A stretch of DNA of 64,000 nucleotides from Gallionellales bacterium 39-52-133 (GTDB taxonomy: Bacteria; Pseudomonadota; Gammaproteobacteria; Burkholderiales; Gallionellaceae), in the NCBI GenBank assembly GCA_002278935.1, contig NCJL01000002.1, positions 272,267 to 336,266 on the forward strand, read 5' to 3'. Below, piece after piece: positions 30,189 to 37,201 of this stretch. The first letter of the stretch is position 1, and each line of letters begins with the position of its first letter. The notes below the pieces were generated by a model. It ran no database searches. It saw only the letters and a program-made list of their open reading frames with translations, and had not been told where the DNA came from. The position numbers were made by a program, and so were the translations under genes.

Positions 30189-30621
30189 CGCCTGGATACT
30201 GGACTTTGGCCAGCACTTCACCGCAGCCGTGGGTGCGCGCGAGGTACTGCATTTGCTGGATGTGCACTCGACCTTTCTCGTGCCATGCACGCCAAAATAT
30301 TGCAACAGCGTGGTCGCCTGGCGAGACCGCTTGTTGCCGGTTATGGATATGGCCTCCAGACTTGGGGGCATGACACAGCAGGCAAAATTTATTGCAGTCG
30401 TCGGCTATCAGCAGCGGCGTGGAGAGTATCCGCAGTTTGGCGCGCTATTGCTGAGCAGCCCGCCATTACAGGCAACAGTGAACGATGAACAAGCCTGCAA
30501 GCTGCCGGAAAATGCCCAGGTCTGGAACGGGCTGGCCATGGCATGTTTTGACTTTCACGGCGAAGCCGTGCCTGTGTTGGATATCAATAGGTTGTTTAAT
30601 ACGGCGCCAATTTCTGCTTGA
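30175..30621 (+). CDS. Divergent CheW-like protein (ChpC-like) 2
   Basis: Overlaps the previous gene by 14 nt. The pattern FTAAVGAREVLHLLD...VPCTPKYCNSVVAWRDRLLPVMDMASRLG matches the CheW-domain core. Confidence 0.55.
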   Translation: MAESNAWILDFGQHFTAAVGAREVLHLLDVHSTFLVPCTPKYCNSVVAWRDRLLPVMDMASRLGGMTQQAKFIAVVGYQQRRGEYPQFGALLLSSPPLQATVNDEQACKLPENAQVWNGLAMACFDFHGEAVPVLDINRLFNTAPISA

Positions 30622-30688
30622 TCAAGTTTTCCCCAGATAGCATAGGTTTACCAGATAAGTCGATTTGAGTCAGCGTTATTTGTTAAAT

Positions 30689-30760
30689 ATAATCAAATAT
30701 TTGTATATTTTCACTCGTACACAGCCAAAAACTGCTTCAACCTGTTCCTGCATGCATTGC
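30689..30760 (+). repeat. Left copy of the direct repeat bounding the AT-rich island
   Basis: ATAATCAAAT-N33-CTGCTTCAACCTGTTCCTGCATGCATTGC. The partner copy is at 32436-32505. Confidence 0.65.
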
Positions 30761-30835
30761 AGAAAATACATTGGAGGCCTTGCTTGTTGCATTAGAAAAT
30801 TTGACTGTGGTTTGTAAGGCCCTGATGGTTGTTCA

Positions 30836-30855
30836 TTTCTACAACTTCGTTGGGC
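30836..30855 (+). repeat. Cassette-upstream motif, copy 1 (degenerate)
   Basis: TTTCTACAACTTCGTTGGGC, 17 nt before the ATG at 30873. Confidence 0.55.
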
Positions 30856-30872
30856 GCTATGGGGAACTGAAC

Positions 30873-31085
30873 ATGAATAAATTTTCTGGTCTCGATTTTG
30901 CGGTAGGCGTATGCGTGTGGATTGGTTGCTTGTTTATCGCTATAACGAGTATGGAATGTCTTAAGTTCCGCACCTGCGGGGCTGGTGATATGTTCTTGTT
31001 CGGCATCATTGCCGTTGGCATGCTCGCTCCAGCCTGGGTGGCGATGTTGATCTTTTCGGGGGTATTCGGGGGTATTCGGGGGTAA
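30873..31085 (+). CDS. Hypothetical small two-TM membrane peptide (70 aa)
   Basis: ATG after motif copy 1 and two hydrophobic helices. The 3' end and stop codon lie within a 10-bp x3 tandem repeat. No recognisable family. Confidence 0.3.
   Translation: MNKFSGLDFAVGVCVWIGCLFIAITSMECLKFRTCGAGDMFLFGIIAVGMLAPAWVAMLIFSGVFGGIRG
31055..31084 (+). repeat. Perfect tandem repeat, 10 bp x 3 (TTCGGGGGTA)
   Basis: Three exact copies at 31055-31064, 31065-31074 and 31075-31084. Confidence 0.9.
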
Positions 31086-31196
31086 GAAATAAATGCAGGC
31101 CCCGTTGAGTACACACACGGCCGTTGGTTTTCTATTTGCTCCGTGCAAAAGAGTAAAAGTCATCGGGGGCGCAGGTGCTGGAACCTTCGAAGTCGC

Positions 31197-31259
31197 TAGG
31201 GTCGGGTCTTACATTTTACTTTCGAATTTTACAATGTGAAATGTAAGACTCGACCCTAA
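31197..31259. repeat. Long imperfect hairpin (22-nt arms)
   Basis: TAGGGTCGGGTCTTACATTTTA ... TGAAATGTAAGACTCGACCCTAA, with one or two mismatches and an ~18-nt loop. Confidence 0.6.
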
Positions 31260-31292
31260 TAGTTATTCCGACAGGATCCCAATGATTCCGAT

Positions 31293-31331
31293 GCGGCTTA
31301 TGAAAAGAGTTTTTATACAACGTCGTTGGGC
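31293..31331 (+). repeat. Cassette-upstream motif, copy 2
   Basis: GCGGCTTATGAAAAGAGTTTTTATACAACGTCGTTGGGC, 12 nt before the ATG at 31344. Confidence 0.7.
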
Positions 31332-31343
31332 GTAAATTTAATT

Positions 31344-31766
31344 ATGCGATATTCGATCATTCTCGTCCTGTTTCTTGTGTCTTGCTCTCAGTCACAGGAC
31401 ACAACTTATTGGATTCAATGGGCAAAAGGCACCGATAATTTTACTTGTCTAGAGAAAGTTTTAGAACGTAGTGATAATGAAAATCAATATTTTGAACGCA
31501 GATCATTGAAAGATTACTTCGTTGAGCAACATACCCAAGATGGAATATCTTTCCGTTCGTATATCTTGAAGGGGGTATACAAATGCGGTGCAAATTTATG
31601 GGGACCTGCTGGAGTGCAATATTTCTCTGGGCCGATGGCTACAGGAAAAATTGTGGCCAGTTATGAGAGGCCCATCAATGAAGTTGTCGAGAATTTTTTG
31701 GCTTTTGAAGCAGGTTCAGGAACTGAGGCTACGTATAAGGCCACATGCACAGAGGTCGGAAAATGA
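31344..31766 (+). CDS. Hypothetical lipoprotein (140 aa)
   Basis: Signal peptide with lipobox LVSC at residues 10-13 (the full N-terminus reads MRYSIILVLFLVSCSQ). No recognisable family. Confidence 0.5.
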   Translation: MRYSIILVLFLVSCSQSQDTTYWIQWAKGTDNFTCLEKVLERSDNENQYFERRSLKDYFVEQHTQDGISFRSYILKGVYKCGANLWGPAGVQYFSGPMATGKIVASYERPINEVVENFLAFEAGSGTEATYKATCTEVGK

Positions 31767-31866
31767 GCAAGTCTAACCAGTCCATAAGGATTTCTCAGTC
31801 AAGATAAATTTTGCAAATCAGTGCGAATCCACCTTCTAAGCGGTGGTGCACTTGGAATTAGAATTC

Positions 31867-31905
31867 ACCGCTTATGAAAATACTTTTTATACAACGTCGT
31901 TGGGC
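31867..31905 (+). repeat. Cassette-upstream motif, copy 3
   Basis: ACCGCTTATGAAAATACTTTTTATACAACGTCGTTGGGC, 35/39 identical to copy 2 and 9 nt before the ATG at 31915. Confidence 0.7.
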
Positions 31906-31914
31906 ATCGCAAAC

Positions 31915-32334
31915 ATGAATCAGATCTTCGAGCCATCAAATGATCTCGAGCGAGCTCTAGTTGCAGCCAAGCAAGGACACCTTCCAGTGCCCGCTTTTAT
32001 GCAGGCGCTTCTATCGTCAAAAGTCTTTGTATTAATCGATAAAGACATTGGGCCAAATGGTATCTGGGATAACAGTGCAACCCCCATGGTGCTCTTAAAT
32101 TCTGAGGGGGCGCCGGTCCTCGCAATGTTTACGGCACCAGATCGAACAGGTGAATGGGCGAAGCAACAACCACGGTTCAGTTTCGGGTTACTGACAGACT
32201 TTGCGTGGTTACTAAAGGGAATAGGATCAAACGTTGGTGTCGTCATTAATCCAGGCCTCTCGGTAGGCTTGGAGATGCAACCGTCAGCCGTGGCGCAACT
32301 CAAACAAGGGGCGGCAAGCGAAGTGAAGCCTTAA
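31915..32334 (+). CDS. SseB-family-like small protein (139 aa)
   Basis: N-terminus NDLERALVAAKQGH..VPAFMQALLSSKVFVLID and later APVLAMFT resemble the SseB N-terminal domain pattern. Confidence 0.55.
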   Translation: MNQIFEPSNDLERALVAAKQGHLPVPAFMQALLSSKVFVLIDKDIGPNGIWDNSATPMVLLNSEGAPVLAMFTAPDRTGEWAKQQPRFSFGLLTDFAWLLKGIGSNVGVVINPGLSVGLEMQPSAVAQLKQGAASEVKP

Positions 32335-32435
32335 TCAATAGGGTCAGGCTGAGGTAATCCTCATTTCACGGATAGTTTAATTGAGAACATAACCTCCAAC
32401 CTTTCAAAATTCAACGGAATAGCAATTTATTTATT

Positions 32436-32505
32436 ATAATCAAATGCTTGCTCTTGCAGGTAAAGTTTATCTAAGATCTGCTTCAACCTGCTCCGCATGC
32501 ATTGC
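32436..32505 (+). repeat. Right copy of the direct repeat bounding the AT-rich island
   Basis: ATAATCAAAT-N32-CTGCTTCAACCTGCTCCGCATGCATTGC. Confidence 0.65.
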
Positions 32506-32621
32506 GCAGGTATTTGTTAGTCTGCAAGCCGGATTGAGAGACACTTGCTTCGTCGTGGTTGACAGGCGAGCGGCTAGCCGATAAATTCGCGCCTTTCGTT
32601 TTTAACCCCCTGGAGAAATAC

Positions 32622-33224
32622 ATGTCAGTACTCGTCGGCAAAGCCGCACCCGATTTTAATGCCGTTACCGTGATGGGCAATAATGACATCAACGAAAATT
32701 TTAATTTGAAGAAACATTTGAACGGCAAGTATGGCGTGATTTTTTTCTATCCTCTTGATTTTACGTTTGTCTGCCCGTCCGAGCTGATTGCATTTGACCA
32801 TCGTCTGGATGAATTCAAGAAGCGCAATGTTGAGGTGATCGGTGTGTCGATTGATTCGCAGTTCTCTCATCTGGCTTGGAAAAATACGCCTATCAATAAT
32901 GGCGGGATAGGCAAAGTAGCCTATCCGCTTGTGGCAGACATCAAGCATGAAATCTGCAGAGCCTATGATGTGGAGGCCGCAGAAGGTGTGGCTTACCGCG
33001 GCTCTTTCCTGATAGACCGCGCCGGTATTGTGCGTCATCAGGTGGTAAACGATCTGCCGCTGGGGCGCAATATCGATGAAATGCTGCGCATGATTGATGC
33101 CCTGCAGTTTACCGAAGAGCACGGTGAAGTTTGCCCGGCTGGCTGGAGCAAGGGCAAGGCCGGTATGGTTGATTCCACCGAGGGTGTGGCAAAGTATCTG
33201 GCGGCACATTCCAAAGACTTGTAA
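32622..33224 (+). CDS. Typical 2-Cys peroxiredoxin (AhpC/Prx1 subfamily)
   Basis: From the ATG at 32622 (GGAGA upstream) the protein starts MSVLVGKAAPDF. Peroxidatic motif FTFVCPSE and resolving motif EVCPAGW. 200 aa. Confidence 0.9.
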   Translation: MSVLVGKAAPDFNAVTVMGNNDINENFNLKKHLNGKYGVIFFYPLDFTFVCPSELIAFDHRLDEFKKRNVEVIGVSIDSQFSHLAWKNTPINNGGIGKVAYPLVADIKHEICRAYDVEAAEGVAYRGSFLIDRAGIVRHQVVNDLPLGRNIDEMLRMIDALQFTEEHGEVCPAGWSKGKAGMVDSTEGVAKYLAAHSKDL

Positions 33225-33352
33225 ATTGAGCCAGGGTAAAGGCTGGTCGCACGCGGTGTCAGGTTTGTTTTTGTAAGTATTTGATTTTATTGAATATTTT
33301 GACTTTTGTGTGATCCGGGCTTGCCCTGCTTTTATTATGGATTGATGGTGAG

Positions 33353-33377
33353 AAAGGCTCCTGCGGGAGCTTTTTTT
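33353..33377 (+). terminator. Rho-independent terminator after the peroxiredoxin gene
   Basis: AAAGGCTCC-TGCG-GGAGCTTT hairpin running into a T7 stretch. Confidence 0.6.
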
Positions 33378-33460
33378 ATGCGGAAAGTAGTGGTCGTGCC
33401 GGCTAAGCCAGCTGTTTTCTCTATTACAATTACATTTCAAATTTTAGCGGGGGCTTGTCC

Positions 33461-34888
33461 ATGTTGATCTGGTTTGTCATTCTTTATCTGCTGGTTTCTA
33501 TTGCTATAGGGTTGTACGCGGCGACGCGCGTGCATAACGTTAAAGATTATGTGGTGGCCGGACGACATTTGCCTCTGTATGTGGTGACCGCAACGGTTTT
33601 TGCCACATGGTTTGGCGCGGAAACGGTGCTGGGTATTTCGGCCAAATTTGTGAAGGATGGCCTGCAGGGAATTGTTGAAGATCCGTTTGGTGCCAGCATG
33701 TGCCTGATACTGGTGGGTATGTTTTTTGCGGCAAAGTTATACCGCAAGAATTTGCTGACGATAGGTGATTATTACCGTGCGCGCTATGGTCGCACGGTGG
33801 AAGTGCTGACCAGTCTGGCGATTATCATGTCTTATTTGGGCTGGGTTGCCGCGCAAATTGTGGCGCTGGGGCTGGTATTTTCCTTTGTCACGCATGGTGC
33901 GGTGACGCACCATGAGGGCATGGTGATCGGTGCGGCTATTGTGCTGGTTTATACCCTGTTTGGCGGGATGTGGTCGGTGGCGATGACGGATGCTTTTCAG
34001 ATGACGATTATTGTGATCGCAATGTTGTATCTGGCCTGGTTTTTGTCGGGCATGGCGGGGGGCGCTGATGTCGTGATCGCCCACGCCGCGCAGGCGGAAA
34101 AATTCACCTTCTGGCCGCAGCTGGAAACGCGGGACGTGCTGGCCTTTATTGGTGCGGCGGTGACCATGATGCTGGGTTCGATTCCGCAGCAGGACGTGTT
34201 TCAACGCGTGATGTCGGCCAAAAATGAGAAAACCGCGGTACGCGGTGCGCTGTTTGGCGGCGGTTTATATTTCTTGTTTGCCTTTGTTCCGCTCTTTCTG
34301 GCCTATTCCGCCACGTTGATTGATCCGGTGATGGTGTATGCCCTGATCGATGAGGATTCACAGTTGATTCTGCCGACTTTGATCATGAGTCACACACCCG
34401 TGCTGGCCCAGGTTTTGTTTTTTGGTGCTTTGCTTTCCGCGATCATGAGCACGGCCAGCGGCACCCTGCTGGCACCTTCGGTTACTTTTACCGAGAATAT
34501 CCTGAAGGGCATAATCGGTCACCAGAGCGACCGGCATTTTTTATGGACGATGCGCGCTGTCGTGGTGTGCTTTACCGTTGCGGTAACGCTGTTTGCGCTT
34601 AACTCCAATGCAAGTATTTACGAGATGGTGGGCAACGCCTACAAGGTTACGCTGGTGGCGGCGTTCATTCCGCTGGTAAGCGGGCTGTACTGGAAGCGCG
34701 CCAATACCCAGGGGGCTTTGTTTGCGATAAGCGCAGGTATTTCTACCTGGCTGTTGCTGGAGATTTTTAATGCCGGTGGGCTGTGGCCGCCACAGTTGGC
34801 AGGTTTGCTCATGAGCGCTCTGGGAATGCTGGTGGGATCATTGTTGCCCGATTTGATGCGTCAGCAGCACAAATATACCGAAGCGTAA
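33461..34888 (+). CDS. Sodium:solute symporter family transporter
   Basis: ~475 aa with 12-13 TM helices. The N-terminal pattern ...VAGR.LP......T..ATWFGAE is typical of SSF. The track start (TTG at 33455) is 2 codons upstream. Confidence 0.8.
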   Translation: MLIWFVILYLLVSIAIGLYAATRVHNVKDYVVAGRHLPLYVVTATVFATWFGAETVLGISAKFVKDGLQGIVEDPFGASMCLILVGMFFAAKLYRKNLLTIGDYYRARYGRTVEVLTSLAIIMSYLGWVAAQIVALGLVFSFVTHGAVTHHEGMVIGAAIVLVYTLFGGMWSVAMTDAFQMTIIVIAMLYLAWFLSGMAGGADVVIAHAAQAEKFTFWPQLETRDVLAFIGAAVTMMLGSIPQQDVFQRVMSAKNEKTAVRGALFGGGLYFLFAFVPLFLAYSATLIDPVMVYALIDEDSQLILPTLIMSHTPVLAQVLFFGALLSAIMSTASGTLLAPSVTFTENILKGIIGHQSDRHFLWTMRAVVVCFTVAVTLFALNSNASIYEMVGNAYKVTLVAAFIPLVSGLYWKRANTQGALFAISAGISTWLLLEIFNAGGLWPPQLAGLLMSALGMLVGSLLPDLMRQQHKYTEA

Positions 34889-34902
34889 AAATAAATTCGC
34901 CG

Positions 34903-34931
34903 CTGTCATGTTACTGTCATAATTCTTTCAT
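34903..34931 (+). promoter_or_regulatory. Pho box (PhoB binding site) upstream of phoB
   Basis: CTGTCAT-gtta-CTGTCAT-aatt-CTTTCAT: three 7-bp direct repeats with 4-bp spacers, 40 nt upstream of the phoB ATG. Confidence 0.75.
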
Positions 34932-34970
34932 ACCATTTCAGGCTGGTAGCAATTCTCGATAGGATGAACG

Positions 34971-35657
34971 ATGACAGCAAGTATTTTGATTGTGGAAGAT
35001 GAGCCTGCGATTCAGGAGCTATTGGCGTTTAATGTGAACCAGTGCGGATTTAAGGCCATACAGGCGCTGGATGTGATGAGCGCAACCCGGCTGATTAACC
35101 ATGCGTTGCCCGATATGGTCTTGCTGGACTGGATGCTGCCGGATACGACGGGTGTTGAGTTTGCCCGCCGCTTGCGCGCCGATCAACGTACCCGCAATAT
35201 TCCCATTATCATGCTGACAGCACGCACGGAGGAACGCGACAAGGTCATGGGGCTGGAATCCGGCGCGGATGACTATATAACCAAACCGTTTTCGCCACGC
35301 GAACTGATGGCGCGCATTCGTGCCGTGTTACGGCGCCGTATGCCGGAAATGAGTGAAGAAACCGTCAGTGCCGGGGGCGTGGAGCTTTCGCCCACAACAC
35401 ATCGGGTAAGTGCCAAAGGTGTGAAGCTTGACCTGGGGCCGACAGAGTTTCGTATTCTGCATTTCTTTATGACTCACCCGGAACGCGTATACAGCCGCAC
35501 GCAGTTGCTCGATCAGGTTTGGGGTGATCATGTGTTCGTTGAAGAGCGCACGGTGGATGTGCATATTCGCCGCCTGCGGCAAGCATTGGAGCCTTCCGGT
35601 CTGGATATTCTGGTGCAGACTGTGCGCGGTAGTGGTTACCGGTTTTCACCGGGCTGA
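34971..35657 (+). CDS. phoB: Phosphate regulon response regulator
   Basis: 228 aa OmpR-family regulator. ILIVEDEPAI...LLDWMLPDTTG...MLTAR...DDYITKPFSPREL closely follows PhoB. Confidence 0.9.
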   Translation: MTASILIVEDEPAIQELLAFNVNQCGFKAIQALDVMSATRLINHALPDMVLLDWMLPDTTGVEFARRLRADQRTRNIPIIMLTARTEERDKVMGLESGADDYITKPFSPRELMARIRAVLRRRMPEMSEETVSAGGVELSPTTHRVSAKGVKLDLGPTEFRILHFFMTHPERVYSRTQLLDQVWGDHVFVEERTVDVHIRRLRQALEPSGLDILVQTVRGSGYRFSPG

Positions 35658-35691
35658 TAATGTGTTCTGCCAAAATAAAAAATGAGCCAAA

Positions 35692-35840
35692 TATACATAG
35701 CGTCATAAGTCGTAGCGAGCGGATGAAGGGTAAGGCGCACGGAGCGCAGGAGCCGGAGTGTATATAAACATACATGAGGACTCCGAGCACCGCGCAACGC
35801 AACCATTCATTCGCGCAGTAGACTTATGACGCTATGTATA
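35692..35840. mobile_element. 149-bp MITE-like element with perfect 20-bp terminal inverted repeats
   Basis: TATACATAGCGTCATAAGTC at 35692-35711 and its exact reverse complement at 35821-35840. The interior is also imperfectly self-complementary. It is inserted between phoB and phoR. Confidence 0.55.
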
Positions 35841-35885
35841 GTTCGGCCGGTATAATGGCAACGTATCCTTACAAAAGGTTTAACT

Positions 35886-37184
35886 GTGTTTGATATTTGG
35901 CGCCAGGCCCTGACTTACCTGCTGTTGTCTTCGCTGCTTTCCCTGATTTTATGGGCGGTGGCCGGTCCATTTTCCGCTGTTGTGGTGTTTGCCGCGCTGC
36001 TTATGTTTCGCTGGTTGTTTCATGTGCGCAATCTGGTCAAGCTGGGCTACTGGCTTGAAAGCCCGGAGACGCGGAATGTGCCCGAAGGTGAAGGCCCCTG
36101 GGAAGATGTATTTGCACGGCTGAATAAAATGGTGCGCGAGCACCGCAAGGAACGCACCAAGCGTGCCTCAGCGTTGCATGATATGGAGCTGGCTACTTCC
36201 GCGTTACCGGAAGGTGTTGTGAGCCTGGACAAAACCGATCATATCGAATGGTTCAATCCGCTGGCCGAAAAGCACCTGGGTCTGGACAGCTCCCGCGACA
36301 TAGGCCAGCAAATTACCTATCTGGTTCGTCAACCCGAATTTGTGGAATACCTTGCTGCGAAAAATTTTGCGGAGCCCTTGCTGTTGCACGGGGCGCGACA
36401 GGATGATCTGGTTTTGTCATGCAAGCTGGTTGGCTATAGTGGCAATAAAAAACTGCTGGTCACGCGCGACGTCACCCGCTTTGAGCATATAGAAACGATG
36501 CGGCGGGATTTTGTTGCGAATGTATCGCATGAGTTGCTTACACCATTAACGGTGGTGAATGGTTTTGTTGAAACCATGCAGGATATGCCCAGCCTTGAAA
36601 ATGATATGGCCAGGCGCGCCTTGCCCATGATGGGTGAACAAACGATGCGCATGACCCACCTGGTGGGAGATTTGCTTACCCTTTCCAAATTGGAAGACAG
36701 GTCAAATGTGCTCAAGGAGGAGGTGCTGGACGTGCCTGCGATGTTGTCGAATTGTTATCAGGTTGGGCTTGAGCTCAGCGCTGGCCAGCATAAGGTAAGG
36801 CTTGAGTTGCTGAGCGATGCGAAATTGACGGGATGTGCGGAAGAGCTGCGCAGCGCGTTTGGTAATTTAATGTCAAATGCGATCCGATACACTCCGCCTG
36901 GCGGCGAAATAGTAATACGCTGGCAAGTGCTGGCGGACGGCCAGCCTGTTTACAGCGTGCAGGACAGCGGTATTGGAATTGCGCTACAACATATTCCGCG
37001 TTTAACCGAGCGCTTTTACAGGGTAGACAGCAGCCGTTCGCGCGCGACCGGAGGCACTGGCCTGGGATTGGCCATCGTAAAACATATCGTGAATCGCCAT
37101 CAGGCGCATCTGGACATAAGCAGTGAAGAGGGGAAAGGCAGCACCTTTAGTATTGTCTTTCCTGCCAGTCGGCGAGTGGCATAG
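35886..37184 (+). CDS. phoR: Phosphate regulon sensor histidine kinase
   Basis: GTG start, two N-terminal TM helices, a PAS-like region, H-box FVANVSHELLTP, N-box NAIRYTP and G-boxes DSGIGI / GGTGLGLAIVK. Confidence 0.9.
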   Translation: MFDIWRQALTYLLLSSLLSLILWAVAGPFSAVVVFAALLMFRWLFHVRNLVKLGYWLESPETRNVPEGEGPWEDVFARLNKMVREHRKERTKRASALHDMELATSALPEGVVSLDKTDHIEWFNPLAEKHLGLDSSRDIGQQITYLVRQPEFVEYLAAKNFAEPLLLHGARQDDLVLSCKLVGYSGNKKLLVTRDVTRFEHIETMRRDFVANVSHELLTPLTVVNGFVETMQDMPSLENDMARRALPMMGEQTMRMTHLVGDLLTLSKLEDRSNVLKEEVLDVPAMLSNCYQVGLELSAGQHKVRLELLSDAKLTGCAEELRSAFGNLMSNAIRYTPPGGEIVIRWQVLADGQPVYSVQDSGIGIALQHIPRLTERFYRVDSSRSRATGGTGLGLAIVKHIVNRHQAHLDISSEEGKGSTFSIVFPASRRVA

Positions 37185-37201
37185 AAACAAGGGGCCATTT
37201 T

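Noticed and set aside
30771-30872. Upstream extensions of the three island ORFs given by the track (starts at 30771, 31326 and 31843)
   Set aside because: The extensions read through the conserved upstream motif. Copy 1 has a 2-nt indel relative to copies 2 and 3, so the motif is not conserved as protein. The internal ATGs (30873, 31344, 31915) give a clean lipoprotein signal peptide and an SseB-like N-terminus.
31771-31905. Calling this spacer a bona fide integron attC site
   Set aside because: Only the 7-nt R''/R' cores fit. Next to the cores I could not pair L''/L' or build the long imperfect stem with extrahelical bases. The only clear internal hairpin is an 8-bp stem (AAGCGGTG/CACCGCTT). 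I keep it as a hypothesis in the findings, not as a feature.
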